Below are positions 38,555-47,944 of a DNA stretch of 64,000 nucleotides, in pieces; the first letter of the stretch is position 1; the number at the start of each line of letters is the position of its first letter. A program made the translations under genes and the position numbers. Source of the stretch: Planctomycetota bacterium (GTDB taxonomy: Bacteria > Planctomycetota > Phycisphaerae > SM23-33). Below the pieces are notes generated by a model, which did no database searches, was not told where the DNA came from, and saw nothing but the letters and a program-made list of their open reading frames with translations. The stretch is from the NCBI GenBank assembly GCA_022705325.1, contig JAKJER010000004.1:129724-193723 (forward strand), in the 5' to 3' direction.

Positions 38555-38962
38555 ATGAAGAATGCAAAAGTCCTTGTGGGAGCAGTCGTTGCAGTGGCGG
38601 TGGTCTTCCTGCTGGCCGAGCCGTCGATGGCCGCCGGAGGGTTCCACTTCTCCCTCGGCGGAGGTTGGGGCGGGCATAGCTATCGCTCAAGCGGTTTCCA
38701 CGGCGGGTTCGGCAGGAGCTATGGCGGGTACAGTTCTCACTACCGTCCCTCTTACCACCATTATCCGTCGTATCAGCATCGTCCTTCGTACAGTTGGCCG
38801 TCCTACAACTATCGGCCGTCGTACTACTCGTACCCCCGGCCGATCTATTCGCCGCCGACTTACTACGTCTCGCCCAGCTACTACTACTCCCGTCCCAGCT
38901 ACTACAGTCCCTCGCCGATGATCATCCGCAGCTATCCCAGCACCTACTACCGGTGCTGGTAG
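38555..38962 (+). CDS. secreted low-complexity Tyr/Ser/Pro/Arg-rich repeat protein (RPSY/YY repeats)
   Basis: Signal peptide MKNAKVLVGAVVAVAVVFLLAEPSMA; AGGAG-like RBS; 27 Tyr in about 110 mature residues; divergent from the ECF sigma gene. Confidence 0.5.
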   Translation: MKNAKVLVGAVVAVAVVFLLAEPSMAAGGFHFSLGGGWGGHSYRSSGFHGGFGRSYGGYSSHYRPSYHHYPSYQHRPSYSWPSYNYRPSYYSYPRPIYSPPTYYVSPSYYYSRPSYYSPSPMIIRSYPSTYYRCW

Positions 38963-38999
38963 ACGACTGAGAAGTTGCCGGGGCAGATGCAAATCAAAA

Positions 39000-39029
39000 G
39001 GCCGGCGCCCGGGAGGGCGCCGGCCTCTT
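39000..39029. terminator. bidirectional rho-independent terminator
   Basis: GGCCGGCGCCC-GGGA-GGGCGCCGGCC: an 11-bp perfect stem with a U-tract (UUUUGAUUU) on the minus-strand side. Confidence 0.55.
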
Positions 39030-39049
39030 GACGTGGTGCGGGGGCTGGA

Positions 39050-39754
39050 TCAGAGGGTCTTCTTGATCTGCGTGATGATGTCCTTGACCACCTGTTTGGC
39101 GTCGCGGGTGGCGGCGGCGTTGGAGATGTTCTCCTTGACTGCCTCGTTGTCGGGCGTCTGCTCGATGCCGGCTGCCACGATCTGCAGGGCTTGTTCGGTG
39201 CGGGCGGAGTTGCGCGTGGAGAGGTAGAGCCAGACGGCCGCAGCCACGCCGGCCAGTCCCAGCAAGACGAGGGCGGCCCATGGGTAGGCCTCAAAGGCCA
39301 TGCCCGCCACGATAAAGGCGGCGCCCAGGCCGATGACGCCCAAGCCGATCTTCCGTCCGCCGGAGACGAACATCAGGACGGCGCCACCGGCCAGGGCGCA
39401 GAGGACGCCGGCGGTAATCAGAAGCACGGGGCCGCGGGCCGGCGGCTCGACCGGTTCCATCCCGCCGAAGTCGGCGCCGTCGCCGGTGACTTTGAGCGGC
39501 TTGACATGGGTGATTGTCTCGCCGGGACTGGCGCCCGCCAGCGACATGACTCGCGTGGCCGAGACGGTCCGCGTGACGGTTCGCTGATCGGCCGTTACGG
39601 GGGCGGCTCCGGTCGGGGGAGCATCCGGCAGCCCACGCTGGTAAGACTCGTGAATCCTGGCGGTGCTGCACCCGCCGGCGCACATGGCGGCCAGCAGCAG
39701 GATGATCGGGACGACCAGCATGAAACACGCGAGATACGGACGGTTGGGATTCAT
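39050..39754 (-). CDS. putative lipoprotein/membrane protein (possible lysis-associated)
   Basis: Signal + lipobox-like AAMCAGGC; central TM helices; amphipathic C-terminus. Lies at the distal end of the phage-like cluster. Confidence 0.4.
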   Translation of the reverse strand: MNPNRPYLACFMLVVPIILLLAAMCAGGCSTARIHESYQRGLPDAPPTGAAPVTADQRTVTRTVSATRVMSLAGASPGETITHVKPLKVTGDGADFGGMEPVEPPARGPVLLITAGVLCALAGGAVLMFVSGGRKIGLGVIGLGAAFIVAGMAFEAYPWAALVLLGLAGVAAAVWLYLSTRNSARTEQALQIVAAGIEQTPDNEAVKENISNAAATRDAKQVVKDIITQIKKTL

Positions 39755-39794
39755 GGCGTTCTCCGAAAGGGGGTTCGAAGGGGCGGTTACGGCG

Positions 39795-40001
39795 TCACTT
39801 GTGCGAGCCCAGGACATAGCCCAGGATCATCAGCACGGTCGCCTTGGTCAGACTCCACAGCCGTGCGGCCCATGTGGCCCGACTGCTGAGCAGGGCGTCC
39901 AGTCGTGTTTCGATTCCCGTCAGGCGATGCTCAATTCGTTGGAACTGCTCGGCGCACAGGACGGGCACACTGGGACTGGAGGGGCGTTCACATTCGGACA
40001 T
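39795..40001 (-). CDS. small C-terminally membrane-anchored protein (68 aa; holin-like position)
   Basis: Soluble N-terminus and a single C-terminal TM helix (VLMILGYVLG). Confidence 0.3.
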   Translation of the reverse strand: MSECERPSSPSVPVLCAEQFQRIEHRLTGIETRLDALLSSRATWAARLWSLTKATVLMILGYVLGSHK

Positions 40002-40055
40002 AGAGGTTTCCTGTCTGGTGTTCCCCCGTGGGGCGGGCGGCCACGGCGTGGAGAG

Positions 40056-40331
40056 TTAGAAACGATCCTCGGGACAGACGAAGGCAGGGTCCTGAAGACA
40101 GGCGTAGAGGTCGCCCGAGACGCCGGTCTGGATGTCCACGCACCTTGGCCCGGCTGTTCCGGGGCCTTTGACCAGGCGCCGACACAGTCGTCCGCATCGG
40201 CTGGCGGTGACGCAGAGCATCAGGCGAAGGGCGAAGGCGGCCTCGGCCTTTCCTTCGACGAACAGGCGAGCCAGGTGGGCCCGCCGGCGACGCAGGCCAA
40301 CACCGTCATCGCCTCGACAGCGTGAAGTCAT
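40056..40331 (-). CDS. small Cys-containing hypothetical protein (91 aa)
   Basis: ATG at 40329-40331 sits 5 nt after the upstream stop. Weak call; the composition is Arg-rich. Confidence 0.25.
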   Translation of the reverse strand: MTSRCRGDDGVGLRRRRAHLARLFVEGKAEAAFALRLMLCVTASRCGRLCRRLVKGPGTAGPRCVDIQTGVSGDLYACLQDPAFVCPEDRF

Positions 40332-40338
40332 GCAGCCC

Positions 40339-40770
40339 TCAGAAGGTGATGGTAACGGTCTGGCCCAAGCAGCGGTCCTGGCCCGGGAGGGAGAAGGTGC
40401 CGACGAAACTCCCGTCGACACAGAAGAGATCATCGGCGGAGACGACGCCCTCGAAGATCAGGTCCTCGGTGCCCGCGTAGGCGGCAATCCATACCCGCCA
40501 GTTTCCGTCGGCGTGACAGGAGATGTTAAGGTTGAAGTCGCTGCCGGTTTCCCAGTCGCACCAGCCGCCGTACCAGACCCAGGCGGCTGGCTCGTGGGGC
40601 ACGTAGCCGGCAAAGACGTAGGGGCCGCCGACGCTGCCGACGCATTCGCACTCGCCAGAATCGACCACCACCAGCGGGGCGGGCTGATCGCTCGTGCTGC
40701 AGGCGGCCTGGCTGCATGGCTGTCCGCAGCAGCAGCCAGCCTGGTGGTAGATTCCGCCCATCAGAGGCAC
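40339..40770 (-). CDS. hypothetical Cys-rich protein (143 aa)
   Basis: CCCGQPC...CEC motif and a coherent beta-rich composition; overlaps the upstream gene stop by 10 nt. Confidence 0.45.
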   Translation of the reverse strand: MPLMGGIYHQAGCCCGQPCSQAACSTSDQPAPLVVVDSGECECVGSVGGPYVFAGYVPHEPAAWVWYGGWCDWETGSDFNLNISCHADGNWRVWIAAYAGTEDLIFEGVVSADDLFCVDGSFVGTFSLPGQDRCLGQTVTITF

Positions 40771-41507
40771 CCTCCGTCCACGCCGTTCTCGTAGGCGAAC
40801 CAGTACTCCACCGTGTCTTGTCCTTGCAGTAGGAAGCGGACCTCGTGCATCCGCACCAGGCAGCCGGCCGGGCAGGGCTGGAGTTCAAAGGAATAGCGGC
40901 TGGAGGCCAGGTTGGCAGGATCCACGCCATTGCCTTCGACGTGTCCATCCTGGCCGGTGTTTGCATCCTCGACACTGTTTCGGCCGGGCAAGGTCATGCC
41001 GGCGTCCGACCGTCCGCCGCCGCCGGCCGACCAACCGCCGTAGCCGGCGGCCGTCTTCTGCACCTCCGTCCAGGCATACAGCCACTGGTTGGATCCGGCT
41101 GCCTGAGAGGCGCCGATGCGGGCCCAGAACACGCCGGTGTCGCCGATGTCCAGGAGCACCTCCAGACAGCCGCCCTGGGAGTCCGGGCGGGCGTACTGCT
41201 CCCAGAACCGGACCAGGGCGCCGACCCGACCGGCAGCGCGATTGTCAAAGTCCCGGGCGGTTCTTTCCCGATGGCCGTCGACGGCGTCTACCCAGCCGCC
41301 TTGGCCTTGGTTGGCCTGGCTGTCCCAGTGCTGTTCCCAGATCGTGTACAGCCCCCCGCCGTCATTCTGGGCTATCCGAGCCACGCCCTGGCGAAGCACT
41401 TCCGGGTAGGCGGTGGGCCTGTCATGCAAGACAATCCTGTCGGCCGCGGCGGCCTGGGCCTGCTGGAGCCGGCGAAAGTCGGTCAATTGTCGGCGGGCGA
41501 TGGTCAT
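40761..41507 (-). CDS. hypothetical phage-like structural protein (248 aa)
   Basis: ATGA overlap with the upstream 731-aa gene; Gly/Trp-rich. Confidence 0.5.
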   Translation of the reverse strand: MTIARRQLTDFRRLQQAQAAAADRIVLHDRPTAYPEVLRQGVARIAQNDGGGLYTIWEQHWDSQANQGQGGWVDAVDGHRERTARDFDNRAAGRVGALVRFWEQYARPDSQGGCLEVLLDIGDTGVFWARIGASQAAGSNQWLYAWTEVQKTAAGYGGWSAGGGGRSDAGMTLPGRNSVEDANTGQDGHVEGNGVDPANLASSRYSFELQPCPAGCLVRMHEVRFLLQGQDTVEYWFAYENGVDGGCL

Positions 41508-43699
41508 CGGGTCACCTGAAGCAGGGGGGTGTCCAGGAGGAGTTCGGTCTTGTTGACGCCTTCGGCGAAGTCCCAGTTCACACCGGCGATCAGCGGCACG
41601 TAGGCACTCGTCGCGGCCGCCTGAAGGGAGATGTTCCTGCCTGCGGTGCCGGCCAGGCCCGTGCCGACCGGGTAACGCTGCGGACGAGCCAGGTACCGTA
41701 GCGTGATCGATCCGTGAACCAGGGCGTCCTCGGCGCTGTCGCGGATTCGCCGGGCGTAGGCGTCGATCGACTCACGGGTGGACTCGTAATCGGTGACGGT
41801 GGTGGGCAGCGAGGCGTCCAGGGGCTGGTCGAGCACATCCCGCCAGCGGAACCGGTCATCCGCCCGCACCACGCGATGCGTGGACAGCGGCCAGGAACTA
41901 CTGCCCCCGCGTGGGGCCTGGCCGACGACGGCCCGGTCACACTCCACACTCCCGAACAGTCGCAGCCGAATGCGCGGGCTCGTGCCCCGCAAGGCGTTGT
42001 TCAAAAGCGTCAGATACGTGTAGTGGCCGTAGTCATTCTTCAGGGCGTCGGCGGCGTCATGATAGGGCCTCCAGAGATGAATCCGCGGGTGGTCGATGGT
42101 GAAACCGGCCCGGTCGCTCCAGATACGCACACAGGGGACGCGAATCCAGGAGTCCTCGGCTGAGTCGATGGCGATCTCCACCCGGGCCGGGTACACCTGT
42201 GCGGCTCCGGAGGGCGCTGTACAGGTGAACGTGGCGGAGACGGGTCTGGGCCGGCGGAGGAAGTCATCTTCCTCGCCAACGCCGAAGGCAGACAGGTCCG
42301 GCAGGACCGCCTTGCCCTGCACGTCGCAGATCAGCCCGCTCAAGGCGCCGTCCTCGTTCCACGCGAACGAGCGGAACACATGGTAGTTCTCGTGCGACCA
42401 GGTGTCGAAGCAGACGGCGAAATCCGCGTGGGCTTGCACCGACGCCCAGCCTCCGCCGCCGACGTTCCCGTACGGATCGGCATAGGTCTGGAGGTCGTTG
42501 GCGCTGTCGGTTCGATCCCAGCAGGGGTGCAGGTCGCGGGTCTGAGGGTCGGCGTGAAACTCCAGGCACACCTGGAGACGTCTCTGGTCGCCGATCACGG
42601 TGACGGCGTTGCAGACCTGGTGATTGTCGCGGACGACATGCAGGCGCTGCACCTCCGACCGGCGTCCTTCCAGGTCGGCCGTCGTGGGCCGGCTCGACGT
42701 CAACGGGGCCATGTACGGACGGGCGATTCCGCTGTCATCGCCGGCGGGCCTGTGCAACGGGAACACCAGGAGAGCGTGGCGGGCCAGGCCATCCTCGTCA
42801 GTGCGGGCCCATGGCTCGACGGCGAAGCCGAAACCGACAGGCAGGAGGACAGCGGCGATCGCCTCCAGCAGATTCAGGCCCTCAACGTTGACTTCCGCGA
42901 TGGGCGTGGCGCCCAGCGTGGCGGCGATGGCGTCCCAGACGGTGGCGGCCGACGAGAGCACCTGGCCGTCGTCCACGTACTCGACCAGGCTCCGCAACGC
43001 CGCATAGGCTGTCCAGTACTCCGCCTCGATGGCCGCTCCGCCCGCGAGGGACACCCGCCGGCCGGGCGGCTCGAAGACGCGACATGCACGCTGCGAGTCG
43101 CCGCGGGTGAGCAGCGACCAGGCGGACTGACTGGCGTTGGGCCGCCCGCTCTCGTTGAAGATCACCCGCAGGTATCCGCCGAAGGTGCTCTCGCGAGTGC
43201 ACTGCTGGGGAGGCAGTTCGCCGTGGATCTCCGACTCGTCCGCGGCAGGCAGCTTGTGCCACTGTCCGCTGACGACCAGCCCGCGCAACAGCACCTCCGG
43301 TCCATAGGCGACGTACTGCACTGATTCAACATCGTCGCTCGACTGGACGAGCAGCTCCTGCTGGGCGATGGAGCCTCGAAACCACTCGATCTCCCGGCCG
43401 TCGGGGGCGGACTCGCGCAGAAGCAAGCGATCGCCGGCTCGGCGAGAGGGGGCGTCATCGACGTGCCGCGGCAGACCCTGTGTCGGCCCCTGGCCCAGCA
43501 GGCAGCGGGCGCGGAGCGTGCTGAGACGGCCGTTGCATCCCCAGGACATCCGGACCGGCTGAAGGTGCGATTGGGGCCTGGGGCAGGACCAATCCGCCTG
43601 ACCGGCCTCGCCGCAGACGGTCGACGCGGCATAGAGGACCAGTCGAGGAGGACGGTAGACGACGCCGGTGTCGGGATGTGTAAAGGTCAGGGTGGTCAT
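41504..43699 (-). CDS. large phage-like tail/baseplate-type structural protein (731 aa)
   Basis: The largest ORF in the distal tail-like gene block. Call is by position and size only. Confidence 0.5.
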   Translation of the reverse strand: MTTLTFTHPDTGVVYRPPRLVLYAASTVCGEAGQADWSCPRPQSHLQPVRMSWGCNGRLSTLRARCLLGQGPTQGLPRHVDDAPSRRAGDRLLLRESAPDGREIEWFRGSIAQQELLVQSSDDVESVQYVAYGPEVLLRGLVVSGQWHKLPAADESEIHGELPPQQCTRESTFGGYLRVIFNESGRPNASQSAWSLLTRGDSQRACRVFEPPGRRVSLAGGAAIEAEYWTAYAALRSLVEYVDDGQVLSSAATVWDAIAATLGATPIAEVNVEGLNLLEAIAAVLLPVGFGFAVEPWARTDEDGLARHALLVFPLHRPAGDDSGIARPYMAPLTSSRPTTADLEGRRSEVQRLHVVRDNHQVCNAVTVIGDQRRLQVCLEFHADPQTRDLHPCWDRTDSANDLQTYADPYGNVGGGGWASVQAHADFAVCFDTWSHENYHVFRSFAWNEDGALSGLICDVQGKAVLPDLSAFGVGEEDDFLRRPRPVSATFTCTAPSGAAQVYPARVEIAIDSAEDSWIRVPCVRIWSDRAGFTIDHPRIHLWRPYHDAADALKNDYGHYTYLTLLNNALRGTSPRIRLRLFGSVECDRAVVGQAPRGGSSSWPLSTHRVVRADDRFRWRDVLDQPLDASLPTTVTDYESTRESIDAYARRIRDSAEDALVHGSITLRYLARPQRYPVGTGLAGTAGRNISLQAAATSAYVPLIAGVNWDFAEGVNKTELLLDTPLLQVTR

Positions 43700-43711
43700 A
43701 GCGGTATGGGT

Positions 43712-44311
43712 TCAAGGGACCACGTCGGTCAAGGTGACGCCTTGGTTGGGCGGCAGGCCGATGGCGACGATGGGGCCGACGGGCCGGGCCGGGCGAGACT
43801 CCACCCCGCCGGCCGTTCGGGCGGCGACGTGGAAATAGCGGGTTTGTCCATGTGCCAGCGTCAGGGTACAGGAGTACTCGCCGTCTCGCGTGAAGGGGAC
43901 GGTGAGAGCCGGTTGGGCGCCGGACATCTGCGGTGAGGGACCGTGGTAGACGGTAAACTCGGCCACGGCGGGGCCGCCGGCCGGGGTGAGGCAGGACCAG
44001 GTGAGGCGGACGCGGGCGTTGCTGATGGCCTGGCCGGCCAGGCCCAGGACCCCGGGCGGCCGCGGGCCCACGTAGAGGCCCTGGGCGTCGGTCTCGAACT
44101 GGACCCAGCAGGAGACGCCGTCTTCCTCGATGTCGTCGGCCACGGCCCGCAGGGCGTAGGCGTAGCGGTGCGAGGGGGCGTGGCCCAGGGCCTCCAGTTG
44201 GACCGAACTGGCGGAGGCGGGCGCGGTGGCCACGGGCGTGGAGAAGTCCACGTCGCAGATACTGCCAAGCCCACGGTAGATCCGGTATCCGGTGAAAGGC
44301 ATGATGGGCAC
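43712..44311 (-). CDS. hypothetical phage-like structural protein (199 aa)
   Basis: Co-directional with a 12-nt spacing; beta-rich composition. Confidence 0.45.
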   Translation of the reverse strand: MPIMPFTGYRIYRGLGSICDVDFSTPVATAPASASSVQLEALGHAPSHRYAYALRAVADDIEEDGVSCWVQFETDAQGLYVGPRPPGVLGLAGQAISNARVRLTWSCLTPAGGPAVAEFTVYHGPSPQMSGAQPALTVPFTRDGEYSCTLTLAHGQTRYFHVAARTAGGVESRPARPVGPIVAIGLPPNQGVTLTDVVP

Positions 44312-44326
44312 CAGGAAGAAAGGGAA

Positions 44327-45088
44327 TCAGGACCAGGTGAGCAGGCCGCTGGAAAAGACCCGCCCGTCATGCTCGGCCAGTACGTATCGCGAAGCGGCGC
44401 CGGCGACGGTGAGCGTAAGGACGACGGCGCCGTCGGCGTCGGAGATCAGTTCATAATCGGCGTTGGCCTGCAACTCGCGCAGCAGCGTGCCGGTGGTGAG
44501 CGCGACGCTGTTGCCATCGGCGGAAGGCTGGCCGTAGTCGCCTGTCGCCACCCACACGCGCAGACGCGTGCGGCCCGGCGGGCCTTGAACGGTGACGGTA
44601 CGCGCATCGTCGACCTCGGCGCCGGCACTGACGGCCAGTCCGCCGGCCGGGCGGAACAACGCGAGCGAACGACAGTCGGTGAGGTCAGCCTGGGTGAATG
44701 CGCCGTCGCTCACGATGATCGACGCCAACGGCACGTGGGGCCCCTGGGGAAAGCCGCTGGTGCTGACCGTCAGTGTGCCGTCAGCCAGGAGGTAGACATA
44801 ATTGGTCTGGTTGTTGGTGAGGCCTTGTGCGGACGATCCGGCGTACGTGCGGGCCTGGAAGCCATCCCAGAACCGTCCCGCGCGGACAGCGAAGGTCGAG
44901 GCAGCGTCCTGGTACACACGGAGGGCGTTGCCGGGCGTCCGTCCGAGCGTGAGCAGGCGGTCCAGGCAGCGAAAGACCGTGGTGTAGTAGGGGCTTTCGC
45001 CGATGGCGGGAAAGACGAAGTCGGTGTCGGCATCGGTCGTGCCGCTGAGGGCGTTCGCTTGATCGCTGGTCAATGGCGTTTCGCTCAT
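44327..45088 (-). CDS. hypothetical phage-like structural protein (253 aa)
   Basis: Co-directional and tightly spaced. Confidence 0.45.
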   Translation of the reverse strand: MSETPLTSDQANALSGTTDADTDFVFPAIGESPYYTTVFRCLDRLLTLGRTPGNALRVYQDAASTFAVRAGRFWDGFQARTYAGSSAQGLTNNQTNYVYLLADGTLTVSTSGFPQGPHVPLASIIVSDGAFTQADLTDCRSLALFRPAGGLAVSAGAEVDDARTVTVQGPPGRTRLRVWVATGDYGQPSADGNSVALTTGTLLRELQANADYELISDADGAVVLTLTVAGAASRYVLAEHDGRVFSSGLLTWS

Positions 45089-45102
45089 GGGAGGTTCCTT
45101 GA

Positions 45103-45828
45103 TTACAGGTCGCGGCTGGGCGTGAAGCTCAGGGTCAGGGTGTCGCTTTGAGGGTCGTACGACTCAACGGTCAGGTTCGACGGCGGCTGGGGCGGCGAGG
45201 TGACGGTGATGGTGGACTCCCAGTCAGCCAACACGTTTCCGCAGGCATCCTCGACGACCGTCCGCAACGGGTACTGTCCGCGGGGCAGAGGCGGGGAGAC
45301 CCAGGCGAGCATGTCGCAGTCGAAGCCGAACTCGCCGTATCCGAAGTACAGGCCCAGCCCGTAGGACTCGGGGGCGTCCCAGCCGAACCCGCCAGAATCC
45401 CACGCGGCGCCGAATCCGCCGGCCCGCTCGCCGTCGTCGTAGACTGGCTGACTGTGGACCAGACGCGAGGCCTGGTCCTCGCCGGCCTGGCCCAGATAGA
45501 CGTCCCATCGATCGTCATTGCGGTAAGGGGCAAGGGTTTGCGGCATACGGACGCGGAGCCTGGAGGCGGGTGCGGCGCCCGTAACCTCCCGCCAGTAATT
45601 GACCTCGGCCTGGGCGGGATCGACCGCCAGCAGGAAGACCCGTTCGTCGCCCCCGAGGGCGGGCAGGGCGAACTCGACCTCGCCTGCCTGAGGGACGGTC
45701 CAGGCGGCCAGCCGCCCGGCGACGTAGGCCTGCACAACCTTGTCCGTATGGGCGGTGCGGGCGCGAATGACTCGCCCCAGGACGGTCGGGTATGAGCCGA
45801 GGTACGAGATGCCTGTGGTGTAGTACAT
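45103..45828 (-). CDS. hypothetical phage-like structural protein (241 aa)
   Basis: Co-directional; Gly/aromatic-rich middle region. Confidence 0.45.
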   Translation of the reverse strand: MYYTTGISYLGSYPTVLGRVIRARTAHTDKVVQAYVAGRLAAWTVPQAGEVEFALPALGGDERVFLLAVDPAQAEVNYWREVTGAAPASRLRVRMPQTLAPYRNDDRWDVYLGQAGEDQASRLVHSQPVYDDGERAGGFGAAWDSGGFGWDAPESYGLGLYFGYGEFGFDCDMLAWVSPPLPRGQYPLRTVVEDACGNVLADWESTITVTSPPQPPSNLTVESYDPQSDTLTLSFTPSRDL

Positions 45829-45936
45829 GAATTCCCTCGTTCGCAGTGCGCCCGCAAGGGCGTCTTGAAGATCGCCTCGAACGGCTGGGTGAAAGCTGTC
45901 TCGCGGCCTGCCTCCTGGCAGGCGGCGTCGCGAACG

Positions 45937-46344
45937 CTACGGCGTCAATTGGCGGACGAGGGCCTGGACACGAAGGACCGCGCGATAGCCCGTGGGCCTT
46001 GGCGAGACGCTCATGAGTCCGGCCGGTCCGTACGACAGCAGCAGACAGTTGGAATAGGCCGTGCCGTCCGCGCCCACATAGGCGGCCACGGTGGCGCCGT
46101 CGGCCAACTCCTGCCGGGCGCGCAGCAGGGTCTTGAGGGCGGCGCAGGCCAGATCGGGGGTGGCGGCCTGGGCGGCCAGCACGCCGCGGACCTGAACCTG
46201 GCGTCCCGCCCGCCCGTGGGCCTGGACGTACTCGCCGTCCACCCCGGGCAGCGTCTCGAAGTAGACGCGGGGTCGGGGGCTGGCCGGCGCGTCGGCGCCG
46301 GCTGCGGAACAGAGCGCAACGGAGTTGAACATGGGGCTGGCCAT
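45937..46344 (-). CDS. hypothetical protein (135 aa)
   Basis: Coherent ORF within the cluster. Confidence 0.4.
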   Translation of the reverse strand: MASPMFNSVALCSAAGADAPASPRPRVYFETLPGVDGEYVQAHGRAGRQVQVRGVLAAQAATPDLACAALKTLLRARQELADGATVAAYVGADGTAYSNCLLLSYGPAGLMSVSPRPTGYRAVLRVQALVRQLTP

Positions 46345-46424
46345 GGGGTCCTCGTGTGAATGGGTCGTGGAGGCGGCTCTGGCTGCGGGGTCTGCGGGCT
46401 CAGCGCAGAAGACCGTCGCCTCCG

Positions 46425-46910
46425 CTAGAACGCCTGGGGCGTGTGGTCCTGGTCTCCACCGCGAACCAGCGGCGGCTGGGTCTTGTCCTGGGACGGCTGG
46501 ACGTGTTGCACGGCGGGCATGTGCACGTCGCCGTAGATGATGATCGAACCGGTGCCCTGGACCGGCAGCGGCGAGGAGACGTCTTTGCTGTCCTGTACGG
46601 CCTGGCGGACGTGCCGGCCCAGTTCCGAGAACTGCGGCAGGTCGCCGGCGTCGATCGGCGAGGTCTCGGCGGCGGCGCTTTCCAGACCGGCGCCGGGCAG
46701 CCTGTCGCCGCTCGGCTGGCTGGGGAAAGACGCACGTGCGTCTGTAGGGGCGGATAGACCGGTCGGTACGGAGTCGGCTGGATCATCCGACGGCCCCGGC
46801 GAGCCGGTCAGGCGATCGGCTGTGGCGGATCGGGGCACGGGAACGCTGGTGACGCCTCCGGCTGCGACGGCGCCGGCGAGTTGGGCGGTAATGGGAATGG
46901 TGATCGACAT
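46425..46910 (-). CDS. hypothetical protein (161 aa)
   Basis: Coherent ORF; Pro/Ser-rich linker regions. Confidence 0.4.
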   Translation of the reverse strand: MSITIPITAQLAGAVAAGGVTSVPVPRSATADRLTGSPGPSDDPADSVPTGLSAPTDARASFPSQPSGDRLPGAGLESAAAETSPIDAGDLPQFSELGRHVRQAVQDSKDVSSPLPVQGTGSIIIYGDVHMPAVQHVQPSQDKTQPPLVRGGDQDHTPQAF

Positions 46911-46940
46911 AGATATCTCCGCTTATGTTGCGGCACGCGG

Positions 46941-47498
46941 TCAGGTTGACGACTTTGCTCGTCTGGCGGCCCGCCACAGGCGTCTGATCCAGCCGGAGCG
47001 AGCGGGTTCGGTTGGCTCGGCGGACAACCGGTCCACCGGCAGGCCGGCGGCCCACGCAAGCAACTGGGCAATCCACACGGGGGGCTGATCGGTGTCGAAG
47101 GCAAGCAGGTCGGCCAGTTGATCGTCGGTCAGGTCGTACTGGCGTCTCAGAAGCCGCCCGGCCAGGTCGAAACAGGCGGCCAGAAACTTGCCGCCCTCGC
47201 CTTCGAGTTCCATGTGTCCGCCGACGCTCTGCCCGCAGCGGCGACAGACTCGTGTTTGCAGCGGGGCGAGCTTGAGCAGGCTGCGTGCCCGGCTTTCGGA
47301 ATCTCTGGCGGAACGGAGGCGGATCCCCGTGCGACCGTCGCCGTCGAAGACCGGCTCGACGCGAAGACCCCGCGGGGGGATGCAGAAGTCGACGCCGTGT
47401 AGCGTGAGTTTCGGACACAGGTCGCCGTGAAGGACCTCGTCGCCGACAGGGCGGGCGCAGCGGCTGCGAAGTTGCTTGAAGTAGGGGAGGCTGCTCAT
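46941..47498 (-). CDS. hypothetical protein with a 4-Cys zinc-ribbon-like motif (185 aa)
   Basis: ATG at 47496-47498 (MSSLPYFKQ). C-x10-C ... CRRC motif. It is the only believable part of the 530-aa track ORF. Confidence 0.45.
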   Translation of the reverse strand: MSSLPYFKQLRSRCARPVGDEVLHGDLCPKLTLHGVDFCIPPRGLRVEPVFDGDGRTGIRLRSARDSESRARSLLKLAPLQTRVCRRCGQSVGGHMELEGEGGKFLAACFDLAGRLLRRQYDLTDDQLADLLAFDTDQPPVWIAQLLAWAAGLPVDRLSAEPTEPARSGWIRRLWRAARRAKSST

Positions 47499-47506
47499 GG
47501 GGACTG

Positions 47507-47911
47507 TCACGCGATCGCCACGGGGTCGGTTGCGCCGTCGCTGCTGGACGCGATGAACTCGACGGTCGCCGACGAGGCGGCATCGTGGGCGACGCTGTTC
47601 GAGACGCCGGTGACGATGACGTTGGAGATGGTGACCGTCTTGTCGGCGGCGCCCTTGGCGTCTTTCCAGACGAAGCTGAGCGTGCCGGACAGTCCGTCCA
47701 GTGCCTCGGCGCCGGCTGGGTCCAAGGTGGTCAGGGCGCCCGAGACGCTGGCCGAGCCGACCTCGGCGACGGGCTCGAAGACGTCGGCGTCGCCGCTGGC
47801 GTGGATCTCGGGGCGTTTCTTGATCACGCGGACGGCTTGGACCCCGTACAGGGCCGTGCCGGCAAGGGTCACGTTTGAGACGTTCTTGAACACCTGATAG
47901 TTGATGGCCAT
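47507..47911 (-). CDS. small phage structural protein (134 aa; tail-tube/Ig-like candidate)
   Basis: Size and composition (Val/Ser/Ala/Thr-rich beta protein) are typical of major tail or Ig-like decoration proteins. Assigned by position only. Confidence 0.45.
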   Translation of the reverse strand: MAINYQVFKNVSNVTLAGTALYGVQAVRVIKKRPEIHASGDADVFEPVAEVGSASVSGALTTLDPAGAEALDGLSGTLSFVWKDAKGAADKTVTISNVIVTGVSNSVAHDAASSATVEFIASSSDGATDPVAIA

Positions 47912-47944
47912 GGGAGGTTCCTTTGGGTTCGGATCTGCGGAGGT

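Noticed and set aside
40056-40433. 125-aa version of the small Cys-containing ORF
   Set aside because: The first 34 codons overlap the upstream gene's 3' end. A shorter form starting at 40331 fits the tight gene spacing, but the call remains weak.
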